From Candidatus Latescibacterota bacterium (GTDB lineage: Bacteria; Latescibacterota; UBA2968; UBA8231), in the NCBI GenBank assembly GCA_965204725.1, contig OZ242005.1:1216001-1280000 (forward strand): a stretch of 64,000 bases of DNA. Reading direction: 5' to 3'. Numbering within the stretch: the first letter of the stretch is position 1; the number at the start of each line of letters is the position of its first letter. Positions 39,442 through 49,387 of this stretch are shown in pieces. Under the pieces are notes generated by a model. It worked only from the letters and a program-made list of their open reading frames with translations, had not been told where the DNA came from and searched no databases. The position numbers and the translations under genes were made by a program.

Positions 39442-40715
39442 CGCAGCGTATCCGCTAAGGTCGGCCGGCCGAGGCGGATGCGATCGTCGCTCAGCAAATA
39501 CGAGAATACATAGCCAAGCCCGAGCATCAGAATCCCGATCAGGAAGCAATAGATGAACGCCCGGTCGGGGTATTGATCCTTGAGATACCCCACGTACAGC
39601 GGGCCGCAAATTCCCGCCGCCGCCCAAGCCGTCAAAATGGTCCCGTAGATCGTGGACATCTTTTGCGGGCCAAACACATCGAGGACGAAGGAGGGCATGG
39701 TGGCAAAGCCCCCGCCAAAGCACAAGAGGACATAACAAACGAGCACGGAAAAGACCCAAGGGTTGCGCTCGGTCATCAAAATGCCAAAGACGACCATCTG
39801 ACTGGCGAGCAAAATTCTGAAGACCCGGACGCGGCCCAGCCGATCGGATAGCAACCCCCAAAACAGCCGGCCCACGCCATTGCACAGCGAACTGATGGCG
39901 ATCAGCGTCGCCCCGTATTCGGCCAGCGTCGCCGGCTCCACCGCCGGATCGGCCAAGCTCCAAACTTCCTGCAAGAGTTCCGACTGAAAGCTGATGACCG
40001 AGATGCCGGCGGCGATATTGAAGAAGAAGACGATCCACATGAGGACGAACTCAGAGGATCGCAGATACGGCGCGACCGAGTCGGACTCGTCGCTGGGCGT
40101 CGGTTCGGCCACCGCTCCGGTGGTGACCGGGGGATTGCTCAACAGCAAGCTACAGGGGAGCAGGACGGCGGCGAAGATCACCCCCAGCCCCAAGAAGATG
40201 CGGGACAAATCGCCGGCGAGGTGGGCTACGAGCAGCGGGGCCAAGCCCTTGCTCAACAGAAACGCGCCGACCCCAAACCCCATCACGACGATCCCGGTCG
40301 CCAAGCCCTTTTTGTCTGGAAACCACTTGGCCACCGTCGCCACTGGCGTGACGTAGCCCAGCCCGATGCCCGCCCCGCCGATGACGCCGTACCCCACGTA
40401 AAACAGCGGGAGATAATCTAGGTGCAGGGCCAGACCCGCCAGCAGATAGCCGCTCGAAAACATGAGGCTACCGGCCACGGCCAAGCGCCGCGGTCCGACT
40501 CGCGGCAACAGGGCACCGGCCCAAGCCGCTGAGGTGCCCAGCGAAAAGATCGCCAAGCTGAAAGCCCAAGCCGTTTCGGTGAACGACCAACCGAGTTGCC
40601 GGACCAAGAGCGTTTGAAAGAAACTCCACGCGTACACCGTCCCAAAACAGACCTGTAGGAACGTGCAGAATAGAGCCGTCATCGAGCGCGGAATCAGTGC
40701 TCTTTGTTGCGCCAT
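39414..40715 (-). CDS. OFA (oxalate:formate antiporter) family MFS transporter
   Basis: GTVYAWS, GLGYVTPV...KWFPDKKGLATG, GRLFWGLLSDRLGR, FGGGF. Confidence 0.92.
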   Translation of the reverse strand: MAQQRALIPRSMTALFCTFLQVCFGTVYAWSFFQTLLVRQLGWSFTETAWAFSLAIFSLGTSAAWAGALLPRVGPRRLAVAGSLMFSSGYLLAGLALHLDYLPLFYVGYGVIGGAGIGLGYVTPVATVAKWFPDKKGLATGIVVMGFGVGAFLLSKGLAPLLVAHLAGDLSRIFLGLGVIFAAVLLPCSLLLSNPPVTTGAVAEPTPSDESDSVAPYLRSSEFVLMWIVFFFNIAAGISVISFQSELLQEVWSLADPAVEPATLAEYGATLIAISSLCNGVGRLFWGLLSDRLGRVRVFRILLASQMVVFGILMTERNPWVFSVLVCYVLLCFGGGFATMPSFVLDVFGPQKMSTIYGTILTAWAAAGICGPLYVGYLKDQYPDRAFIYCFLIGILMLGLGYVFSYLLSDDRIRLGRPTLADTLRQYGIAPSQ

Positions 40716-40762
40716 TTCCTAGACCTCAATCGCCAATCGCTTGCCAGTTTCCCCGCCGCATT

Positions 40763-41488
40763 TTAAGACGGCTTTTCAGGCGGCGGGTGCGGCCCCCTTC
40801 CGGCGACATAGAGGAAGAGTCGAGCTAGGTGGCCAACTTCGTCGTCGCGCGCCAGCAGGTTGTCGTCGGCCGCCTCTCCATCGCGCGCCATGCCCACGGC
40901 ATAGCTCAAGAGCGCGCCCAGCGGTCGGGCCGCCAGATTGACCAACCATATAGCGGCAAAGACGCCGCCGACGAGGATGATGGAAAAAAGGTACACCTGC
41001 TGGCCGATTGCGCGTTGAATTTTTAGCGCGATCAGCCCGGTGTCCATGCCCACGTGAACCGTCCCGGCAACGCCGACGAGAATCGGACTGCCCACTTCGA
41101 CAAAATCGCCCATCCCCGGCAAGCTGCGCTCAACCGTGTCCATGTTGAACGGGTCGCTGGCGCGAATTTCTGCGGGAATGCCCGGCACAAAGGTATGGGC
41201 GAGAAACTCGCCGGCTTCGTCGGTGATGTAGATGTATTTTATGCCCTGAATCTCCACGAACTGATCGATGAGCGACTGCAAGGCCGACAAGTCGCGATTT
41301 AGGAGAATCTCGACGCTCGAATCGGCGATGGTCTTGGCGATGTCGCGGCTGTTGCTCTCGTATTCGGCCGACAGGTGCGTATCGACCGTATAGACGCACA
41401 GAATGGAGGTCGATAGGCCGATTAAGCCAAACAGGGCAAAGACGCCGAACAGCGTTTTTTTGAATAGCTTTTGGACTTTTATCATCAT
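40763..41488 (-). CDS. 2-TM sensor-like protein ending in a HAMP domain, with no output domain
   Basis: TM - extracytoplasmic domain - TM - RPL...DDEVGHLARLF, then stop. Confidence 0.72.
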   Translation of the reverse strand: MMIKVQKLFKKTLFGVFALFGLIGLSTSILCVYTVDTHLSAEYESNSRDIAKTIADSSVEILLNRDLSALQSLIDQFVEIQGIKYIYITDEAGEFLAHTFVPGIPAEIRASDPFNMDTVERSLPGMGDFVEVGSPILVGVAGTVHVGMDTGLIALKIQRAIGQQVYLFSIILVGGVFAAIWLVNLAARPLGALLSYAVGMARDGEAADDNLLARDDEVGHLARLFLYVAGRGPHPPPEKPS

Positions 41489-42771
41489 GCAAACCTAACG
41501 CGCCAATCGTCGAGTGGGACAAACCGGCCCTCATCGACGACCGTGTAGTAGATCTGCTGGAGACCTTGGCGACGATTGGGGCCGAAGGAGACCTGTTCGC
41601 CAATGCCCAAGTCGAAGTTCTTGACCGAGAACACCGCGTCTTCGAGTTGGTCGCGCTGGGGCGCGGCCCCGAGGCGGTGCAAAATTTCGACCATCAGCTT
41701 GGCGTTGAGAAAGCCTTCGAGGCTGACGAAGCTGTAGGCAAAGGGCGTATAGGAGTCTTGCAACAGTTCTGGGGGCGGCGGCGGCGCGTAGCGGTCCATC
41801 AAGTCGCGGTACTCGCGGACCGCGGGTATGGAGGTGTCTTCGTAGCTGGGCACCACTTGGGAGTTTACCAGCCATTGCGTATAGCGCTGGCTATCGTCGC
41901 GCCCCTCGGTGAGCAGCTTGAGGAGGTTTTCGCTGCCGACAAACGACAGGTTGGCAAAAGGCACGTGCAGGCCGAGGTCGATGGCATCGCGGGCAAAGGC
42001 CGCGCAGGCCGCATAGGCCCCGATGCAGATCACGGCTTCGGGCTGGGCCTCCTTGAGGATTTCGACCTGTTTGCGCATCGTGCCGGTGAACCGCGTGCCG
42101 CGCCGGTAGGTGGCCTCGCCGACGATTTTTTCGCCGTGCCTTTTGAGGGCGCTGCGCACGCCGGCCCAGCCGCTGCGGCCGTACGCATCGGCCTGATAGA
42201 ACACGGCAATGCGCCGGCGGTTGATGCGCACGAAATTATCGACTAGACCGGCCGTTTCTTGGCGGTAGGAGGCGCGCAGGTTAAAGGCGAAGGCGCCATA
42301 GGGCGGTTCCCGCTGGGGTTGCGCGCCGGTGAAGGGAAAGAACAGCAGGGCGTTCCGGTCTTGGAATTTCTTGAGGATGGGCAACACGCGCGTCACCGTG
42401 GGCGTACCGACGTAACCGAACAGCAGAAACACTTGGTCGTCGAGCATCAGCTTCATGGTGTTTTTGACCGAAGGGCCGGGTTGGTACCCATCGTCGTAGG
42501 CTTTGACCTGCACGGTGCGACCCGCCACGCCCCCTTGCTCATTTACGCGGGCGAAATACGCGCCTGCCCCCCGATAGAGTTCGATGCCCAATCCTCGGGA
42601 GGGGCCGGAGAAGGCCGCGGACATGCCGAGGAGAATCGAGGTGTCGGTCACGCCCGATGCGGTCGGCGGCTCAGCGGGACGAGCGGCCAAGGCCCGCAGG
42701 TACAACCAAGGAGCGGCAGAAAAACCAATAAGACCGGAACGAAGCAGGGAGCGCCGAGTTATTGTTCTCAT
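41485..42771 (-). CDS. Tat-exported type 1 periplasmic substrate-binding protein
   Basis: TRRSLL twin-arginine signal; GMSAAFSGP, YDDGYQP, GYVGTPT, RASYRQET. Confidence 0.88.
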   Translation of the reverse strand: MRTITRRSLLRSGLIGFSAAPWLYLRALAARPAEPPTASGVTDTSILLGMSAAFSGPSRGLGIELYRGAGAYFARVNEQGGVAGRTVQVKAYDDGYQPGPSVKNTMKLMLDDQVFLLFGYVGTPTVTRVLPILKKFQDRNALLFFPFTGAQPQREPPYGAFAFNLRASYRQETAGLVDNFVRINRRRIAVFYQADAYGRSGWAGVRSALKRHGEKIVGEATYRRGTRFTGTMRKQVEILKEAQPEAVICIGAYAACAAFARDAIDLGLHVPFANLSFVGSENLLKLLTEGRDDSQRYTQWLVNSQVVPSYEDTSIPAVREYRDLMDRYAPPPPPELLQDSYTPFAYSFVSLEGFLNAKLMVEILHRLGAAPQRDQLEDAVFSVKNFDLGIGEQVSFGPNRRQGLQQIYYTVVDEGRFVPLDDWRVRFA

Positions 42772-42863
42772 ACAGTACCGCTAGCTTCTTTCTGCTGGGG
42801 CGGCTAGCATACAGCATACAGTCGGGATGTTTGGCATAATGAAGGGGCATTATGAGGTGTGGG

Positions 42864-43667
42864 TCAAGTTGGTTTGCTCGTAATGGCTTCCCGCACCACT
42901 TGTCCGGCCCAATCCGGCGCCGGTGCCACTTTTAGCAAGGCGGCAATCGTCGTCGGGTTGTCGATGATGCTCACCGGCTCCTGCAAAGGCCGCCCGGAGG
43001 GCACCCACGGACCGGCGATCACCCACGGAATGGTCATATCCTCGTCCATTTCCGTGCCGTGGGTGTACTCGTGCCCCCCGTGGTCGCTGGTGACGATGAC
43101 CGCGGTCTCGTCTTGGTCGACCGCCGCCAACACCGCGCCAATGGCCGCGTCGGCCCGCCCAATAGCGGCTAGATATTCGGCCGACATCCAGCCGTGGTTG
43201 TGGCCGGCCGTATCGGTATAGCCTAGATAGACAAAGGCAAAATCGGGCGTCCATTCCCGCAGAGTCGCCGCGGCCAAGCCGGCCAATTCCCAGTCGCCAT
43301 CCGGCTCGTGGCAGTTGTTCATGTAGTACGAGCGGTCCAGCGAGCCTGGATCGGCCAGATCGCGCAGTGGCTCCCAATTGTAGAAAAAGGCCGTGCGCTT
43401 GCCAGCTTGGTGCAGCACATCGACTAGGCTGGGCACGGGCCTGACTTGGGGCACCCAAGTGTTCGTGGTGATGCCGTGCCGTTGTGGGGTCACGCCGCGA
43501 AACATAGAGGTGTGGCAGGGCAAGGTGGCCGAGGGCATCACGGTGCGCGCCGCATAGGTGCTGGCCCCCGCGCCGATCAGGCGGTCGATACAGGGGGTGG
43601 ATGCCTGTTGCAAGCCATCGGGCCGCAGCCCGTCGATGACAAAGAGGATGAGACGTCGTGGGGACAT
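42864..43667 (-). CDS. alkaline phosphatase superfamily nucleotide pyrophosphatase/phosphodiesterase
   Basis: IDGLRPD, PSATLPCH, DTAGHNHG, TSDHGG. Confidence 0.87.
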   Translation of the reverse strand: MSPRRLILFVIDGLRPDGLQQASTPCIDRLIGAGASTYAARTVMPSATLPCHTSMFRGVTPQRHGITTNTWVPQVRPVPSLVDVLHQAGKRTAFFYNWEPLRDLADPGSLDRSYYMNNCHEPDGDWELAGLAAATLREWTPDFAFVYLGYTDTAGHNHGWMSAEYLAAIGRADAAIGAVLAAVDQDETAVIVTSDHGGHEYTHGTEMDEDMTIPWVIAGPWVPSGRPLQEPVSIIDNPTTIAALLKVAPAPDWAGQVVREAITSKPT

Positions 43668-43705
43668 GGGATTCCTTCACCAAGAAAGCAACGACAGCGA
43701 GTGTA

Positions 43706-44113
43706 TTAGGGCTGGCTCAGATCGGTAGGCTCGTCGGGAGCAACCGGCGCGACTTGGGCCACGGGCGCGGCCGGAGCAACCGCCGAGGGTTGCGGCCACT
43801 TGTTTACAGCAAGGGTCGCCGCGACACCGGCCACGGCAAGCCATATAGTGCCCAAAACACCTAGTACCCGATGAAAATGATTGGATTGGGTTTGAATTTG
43901 CTGGCGCACCTCCTCCTTCATCTCGACGCGTACCTTCTCCCCCTCCTCCTTGGTGGCAAGCCGCATCTCAGCAATCACTTGGTCAAACCGACCCTCCACC
44001 TTCTCAAACCGGGGTTCTAAGATGGCACCGATCAACTCAATTTGTTCTTTGCTAAGAGTAACGGAGCCTTGCCCGCGCTCTGGCTCTTGACCCTCTGTGC
44101 GTTGCTCGCTCAT
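43706..44113 (-). CDS. hypothetical coiled-coil protein with a C-terminal TM segment
   Basis: GGAGG RBS; RFEKVEGRFDQV heptads, VLGVLGTIWLAVAGVAATLAV, Pro/Ala tail. Confidence 0.7.
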   Translation of the reverse strand: MSEQRTEGQEPERGQGSVTLSKEQIELIGAILEPRFEKVEGRFDQVIAEMRLATKEEGEKVRVEMKEEVRQQIQTQSNHFHRVLGVLGTIWLAVAGVAATLAVNKWPQPSAVAPAAPVAQVAPVAPDEPTDLSQP

Positions 44114-44831
44114 AATAACCTCCCATGGGGTAGTGAATATACGCCGCAAAGCCACCCTGAGACAATCCCAGGTACGCAGCGCAGCGGCACGGCCCCCGCC
44201 CGAATAGTCCGCAAGCTGGGCATCGCAGACCGCACCCTACGATCAGCCCTGCACGTCCAATTCACCGCGGTAAAACGGAGCCGACAACGACCCGCATACC
44301 GAGCGCGGCCACAACCCGCCGCCCCTAGTCGAGCAACCCAGCCCGCGCCTAGTTGAGCACCCGCGTACCGAATTTTCGCCCAATACGCACAAAAGCCACA
44401 ATTCGCACAATCGAGCACCCGATAAAGCCCCCCGCACAGCCCGCACAACCGTTGACACCATGTCCCACTGCAAAAACGAATAGGTACAAAAAAAAACCGA
44501 ATTTTCACCCGGCCCGACAACCAATACCAAATTTTTACACCCTCAAACAGCCTCAATCAACCTCAATTTTTCAAAATTCCTCGAAAATTCCTTGAAAATC
44601 ACTTTTTTGAAAATTCAAAAAACGCCGAGACTGACCCAACGTCCTGCGTGAAAAAGACGCAACGCCGCCATCCGATCACCGCTCACCTAGCCGATCCACT
44701 TTCCAACCCCCCCCCCACTGCGACCTATCGACACACCGCCGCTCTCGTCCACTGGGACGCCTCCTAAGCGGTCCGACAGCAACACACCAACCCAGGCCAT
44801 CCAAACAAGCGGTAGCACCGCCCAGTCAACC

Positions 44832-44878
44832 CAACAAAACAAGGTCGGCACCCGATACACCACCGAGGGCCGACCTTG
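44832..44878 (-). terminator. intrinsic terminator after the ankyrin gene
   Basis: CAAGGTCGGC...GCCGACCTTG stem followed by TTTTGTT on the minus strand. Confidence 0.65.
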
Positions 44879-44910
44879 ATCTAAACTACCAACGAATAAG
44901 ACAGACTGAC

Positions 44911-46680
44911 CTACTCGTCATCGTCATCGTCCAGCGAGTCAAAATACGTCACCATCGCCCGGCAATTTGCCCTTATCTCGTCGTAGTGATTAGAAAACGA
45001 ACTGCAATCCGCCGCCACGTCCCTAGCCGTCTCGCCATGGTTGTCCGTAGCCTCAACGTCCGCCCCCGCACCCACTAAGAATTTCACCACCTCCAAATGA
45101 CCAGACCACACCGCATGGAGCAACGCCGTCCAGCCGCTGGTGGTCTCTTCCTTAGCATTCATGTCCACTCCTTGCTCAACGAGATACTTGACCACCGCCA
45201 ATTCACCACGAAACGCCGCACTGTGCAACGCCGTAGAGCGGTAGCTGGCCTCCGTATGCACGTCCGCCCCCGCACCCACCAACACCTTCACAACCTCCAA
45301 ATGACCATACAACGCCGCCACGTGCATAGGCGTATAGCCGTTGGCGCTCTTAGCAGCAGCATCATCCACGTCCATTCCCGCGGCCACGAACAACTTGACC
45401 ACCGCCAATTCACCACGAAACGCCGCACTGTGCAACGCCGCGCCCGTAAAAGCGATACCCCGCCGAGCCAACTCCGCACGAGCCGCCTGCGCCTGCAAAT
45501 CCAGCGAATCCAAATAGTCCGCTACCTCCGTATTACCCACCGTCACCGCCACAGACCAAGCCGTCTTCCCGTCAGACGCCACCGCGAGCACATCCGCGCC
45601 CGACGCCACGAGAAAACGAACCACCGACAAGTTGTTCGCTATGCCCGCCGCATTCATCAACACCGTATAGCCGTCCTCATCACGAGCCCCGATATTCGCA
45701 CCCGCACCCACGAGATACTTGACCACATCCAAACGACCCGCATACGCCGCCTCGTACAACGCCGTCCAACCCAAATCGTCATCCGCCGCCTCAAGGTCCA
45801 TCCCCGCCGCGACAAACAGCTTGACGGTCGCCAAATCCCCCGACTGAGCCGCCAAACGAAACGCCGCGCCCGTATAAGCAATACCAGCCGCCTCCAACTC
45901 AGCACGAATCGGCGAGTTAAAATAAACCACTATCGCCCTATGACCATACCGCGCCGCAAAGTCCCTAGCCGTCAAGCCATCGGAGCTCGCAGCATCCACG
46001 TCCGCCCCCGCCCCCGCTAAGAATTCCACTATGTCCAAATGACCATTCGCCGCCGCATAGTGCAACGCCGTATAGCTACCGTTCCGCGCAGCCGCCTCAA
46101 GGTCCGCCCCCGCCCCCGCTAAGAATTCCACTATGTCCAAATGACCATGCCGCGCCGCCCAGTGCAACGCCGTCCGGGCATAGACATCCGCCGCCTCAAG
46201 GTCCATACCCGCCTGCACAAACAGCTTGACCACCGCTAAGTTGCCCGCCTTAGCCGAATCAACAAACGCCGCGGCCGTATAAGCAATACCCTTCGACTCC
46301 AACTGCGCCCGCGCTTGGTCTGCCGTCAACGTTTCGTCCTCAGGCTCCGCCTCCGACCGCGCCGTTTCGGGCTCAGGATCCTCCTCCACCGGCACATGAA
46401 TAACCACAGGCTCCGGAATCACAGGCTCAGTCTCAGTCGTATCCGAAGGAGCTGTCCCAGTCGTATCCGCGGGTGCTGTCGCCGTGCTATCCACTGGCGG
46501 TACATACCCCTCGGGCACCACATCCAACGACGGATCCTCAGGACAGCCCTCTTTGCCCGACAATATCTCCTTCAACGAACAGTCCGCCGACACCTTGCCC
46601 GCAGGCCCCGCAGGTACAGACCGATCCCCATCGCCGCAGCTCAGCACCAAGCCAATCAAGACCATCATCAAAAAACGCAT
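44911..46680 (-). CDS. ankyrin-repeat lipoprotein
   Basis: Lipobox VLSC; Pro/Thr/Glu linker; many TALH-AA--G--VV--L---GAD repeats; poly-Asp tail. Confidence 0.93.
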   Translation of the reverse strand: MRFLMMVLIGLVLSCGDGDRSVPAGPAGKVSADCSLKEILSGKEGCPEDPSLDVVPEGYVPPVDSTATAPADTTGTAPSDTTETEPVIPEPVVIHVPVEEDPEPETARSEAEPEDETLTADQARAQLESKGIAYTAAAFVDSAKAGNLAVVKLFVQAGMDLEAADVYARTALHWAARHGHLDIVEFLAGAGADLEAAARNGSYTALHYAAANGHLDIVEFLAGAGADVDAASSDGLTARDFAARYGHRAIVVYFNSPIRAELEAAGIAYTGAAFRLAAQSGDLATVKLFVAAGMDLEAADDDLGWTALYEAAYAGRLDVVKYLVGAGANIGARDEDGYTVLMNAAGIANNLSVVRFLVASGADVLAVASDGKTAWSVAVTVGNTEVADYLDSLDLQAQAARAELARRGIAFTGAALHSAAFRGELAVVKLFVAAGMDVDDAAAKSANGYTPMHVAALYGHLEVVKVLVGAGADVHTEASYRSTALHSAAFRGELAVVKYLVEQGVDMNAKEETTSGWTALLHAVWSGHLEVVKFLVGAGADVEATDNHGETARDVAADCSSFSNHYDEIRANCRAMVTYFDSLDDDDDE

Positions 46681-46826
46681 CGCAAAATCTCCTCGTGTGT
46701 GAACTACGTGAATAAATGATCCGCTCTATTCGTACACAATACACAATTCGTACAATTCGCACAAAAGCCAATCGACCAAGACGTCCATAATACCGTCTGC
46801 TGACATTGTTGCTCTCCTCCTTTTTC

Positions 46827-47873
46827 TCACGCGCTTGCGTACAGTGCTGGGTCGTGCGGTTTCAGCGGATGCCGCGGCACCACCTGGCGGTTGACGATGT
46901 TCTCCGGTGCCGGCCAATGGCCTGTGAGGACGGAAGCCAGATTGCCGACGCCCGTGCGAGCCACGTCTTCGCCGGACTGCACGGAGTGGGCGGAGACGTG
47001 GGAGGTCATCAGGACATTGTCGAGCTCCATGAGGGGATGCTGCAAGGGCTGGGCTTGGTCCGTGAAAACGTTGAGCCACTCGTAGGTGTCCAGCGCCGCG
47101 CCGGCCAGCGGCCCCTCTCGCAGCACCCGCACCAGCGCGTCTTCATCGACCAAGGCACCGCGAGACGTGTTGATCAGGTACGCGCCCGGCTTCATTTGGC
47201 GCAGCAGGGTCTCGTCGAACAGGTGGTAGGTGTCTGCGTTCAGGGGCAACTGCAAGGAGACGAAATCCGACTCGGCCAGTAGCGCGTCCAGCGGCACCAT
47301 TTCGATGTCCAAGTCGGCCGGCCGGGGTGCCTGCAAGTTTCTGCGCGTGGCCAAGACCCGGAGGCCAAAGGCCCTAGCGCGGCGGGCGACCATCTCGCCG
47401 GTGGCACCAAAGCCGACGATGCCCAGCGCACAGGTAGAAAGCCGCTGCAACTGAGTGGCTTCGGCGCGCGCTTGGCGGAAGCGGCCAGCGCGCATGAAGT
47501 GCTCCATCCGTGGCAGTTGGCGGGCTAGGGACAGCAGCATGGCCATGATGTGGTCGGTCATTTCCTCGGCGCAAAAAAAAGGGGCGTTGGCGACGACGAT
47601 GCCTTGTTCGGTGGCCTTTGCCACGGCGATTTTGTCGGTGCCGTTGCCGAGGCGCGAGATCAGGCGACAGCGGTCCAGCGATGCGACCACGGCCGCGGGC
47701 AAGCCGGTCGAGACGACCGCGACGGCGTCGCACCCGGCTAGTCGGCGAATGAGTGCTTGCGGGTCTTCCTCTTCGGCGTATTCAGGTTCGATGCCGAGCT
47801 TGGCGTACTGCGATCGCTCCAACTCGCCGGCTGGGTACAGGGTGGCGTTGAGGCGGACGAAGCGGAAGTTCAC
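46827..47873 (-). CDS. D-isomer-specific 2-hydroxyacid dehydrogenase (CtBP-like)
   Basis: GIVGFGATG, SDFVSLQLPL, MKPGAYLINTSRGALVDE. Confidence 0.92.
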   Translation of the reverse strand: MNFRFVRLNATLYPAGELERSQYAKLGIEPEYAEEEDPQALIRRLAGCDAVAVVSTGLPAAVVASLDRCRLISRLGNGTDKIAVAKATEQGIVVANAPFFCAEEMTDHIMAMLLSLARQLPRMEHFMRAGRFRQARAEATQLQRLSTCALGIVGFGATGEMVARRARAFGLRVLATRRNLQAPRPADLDIEMVPLDALLAESDFVSLQLPLNADTYHLFDETLLRQMKPGAYLINTSRGALVDEDALVRVLREGPLAGAALDTYEWLNVFTDQAQPLQHPLMELDNVLMTSHVSAHSVQSGEDVARTGVGNLASVLTGHWPAPENIVNRQVVPRHPLKPHDPALYASA

Positions 47874-48733
47874 CAGACCACTTCCATCATATCCCGCGCC
47901 CAGTACATCGGCCCGCTGAAGACGCTCTTTACTTCGGCGATGCCCGCGGTGGTCTCTTCTTCCGAGTCGAGGGTCGGGGACTGGTGGTTGATTACCAAGC
48001 GTTTGGCCCCGGCCTCGGCGGCCATGCGCCCGGCGTTTAGGGTGCCGGTTTCGGAGATGACGCTAGGGAAGGTTTGGATCTTCTCCTCTCGATGCACGGC
48101 CTCCATCACGAACAGGTCCGCGTCCCTCGCTAGCGCGACTACGGACTCGATCGGGGCCGTATCGCCGCTGAAGGCGACGACGCCTTCTTCGGTCTCAAAG
48201 CGAAAGCCGTAGCATTCGATGTAGGGCTGGGCGTGCTTGACCTCGCGCGCATAGCAGGTCCAGCCCTTGCCGGCGGCCACTTTCCCCGCGGCGTATTCGG
48301 CGGTGTGAACCGTCGGTTCTGGCCTGACGTCGCCCACGCCGCCGCGCATCTGGTAGGCGTGGATGCTCATGGGATGATGGGTGCGAGCGGTCACGTCGTA
48401 CCAGAAGAGCCCACCGGGACTCCATATCCCGTCGGTGATGCGCTTGATCGGGGCCGGACCATAGACGCGCAGGTCGGGCTCAGTGCCGATGCACTGGTCG
48501 AAGCGCGTCATCAGGAAGCAGAGATAATCGGAGATGTGGTCGGAGTGCAGGTGGGTGAAGAACAGGTGGTGTACCGAAGTGCAGGGGATGCCCATGCGGT
48601 GCATTTTGTAGGTCGATGCGGGGCCGCAGTCGATCATCAGCCGCTGGCCGCAGATTTCGAGGATGAAACAGGTGCCCCAGCGGTCGCGGGTGGGGGTGGG
48701 CGTTCCGGCACCGACAATGTTCAGCTTTGGCAT
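47870..48733 (-). CDS. MBL-fold metallo-hydrolase (RNase Z/AtsA-like)
   Basis: GAGTP, IDCG, THLHSDH, FSGDT. Confidence 0.88.
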   Translation of the reverse strand: MPKLNIVGAGTPTPTRDRWGTCFILEICGQRLMIDCGPASTYKMHRMGIPCTSVHHLFFTHLHSDHISDYLCFLMTRFDQCIGTEPDLRVYGPAPIKRITDGIWSPGGLFWYDVTARTHHPMSIHAYQMRGGVGDVRPEPTVHTAEYAAGKVAAGKGWTCYAREVKHAQPYIECYGFRFETEEGVVAFSGDTAPIESVVALARDADLFVMEAVHREEKIQTFPSVISETGTLNAGRMAAEAGAKRLVINHQSPTLDSEEETTAGIAEVKSVFSGPMYWARDMMEVVW

Positions 48734-48904
48734 GGGATCGTCTCCGGTGATTTTTGCATTGGAGCAAAATAAACAGGCATTACCGGCAGGGGGTCAAGCG
48801 GGTCGGCTGGTAGGTGAGCAACGGCTTCTCGCGGGAAAGTAGGGGGGAGCGTAGTATTTTTAGGTGAGAACCCGTCAGCCCTTACTATCGAGGAGAATCC
48901 GACC

Positions 48905-49294
48905 TTGAAATTCGACACGCAAAAACTGCCCGTTGCTCCTGACGCGACCGCTCCCGATGGCTCGGATGTGCGCGTTCTGTTGGGCCTGCAAGGCGGCGGC
49001 ATGGCGCATTTTGAACTCCAGCCCGGACAGACGTCCAAGGCCGTTGCCCACCGCACGGTTGAAGAGATTTGGTTTTTCCTCGCCGGGCGCGGCCAAATGT
49101 GGCGGCGGCAAAACGGCCGCGAGGAAGTCGTGGCAGTTGAGCCTAACGTCTGCCTAACCATTCCGCTGGGCACTCACTTCCAGTTCCGCACCTTGGGCGA
49201 CGAGCCGCTCGCCGCGATAGCTGTTACTATGCCGCCGTGGCCCGGTAAGGACGAGGCGTGTTCGGTCGAGGGGAAGTGGCCGGGAGGATATTGA
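48905..49294 (+). CDS. cupin domain protein
   Basis: APDGSDVR, HRTVEEIWFF, IPLGTHFQFR, TMPPWPG. Confidence 0.88.
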   Translation: MKFDTQKLPVAPDATAPDGSDVRVLLGLQGGGMAHFELQPGQTSKAVAHRTVEEIWFFLAGRGQMWRRQNGREEVVAVEPNVCLTIPLGTHFQFRTLGDEPLAAIAVTMPPWPGKDEACSVEGKWPGGY

Positions 49295-49387
49295 CGCTAT
49301 CGAGCATAGCCTTATATATAAATGTAAGACGAGGGACTCTTCAGAGGATTAACCCTTTAAGATCGGGAACAATGAGGAAAAGACCGC

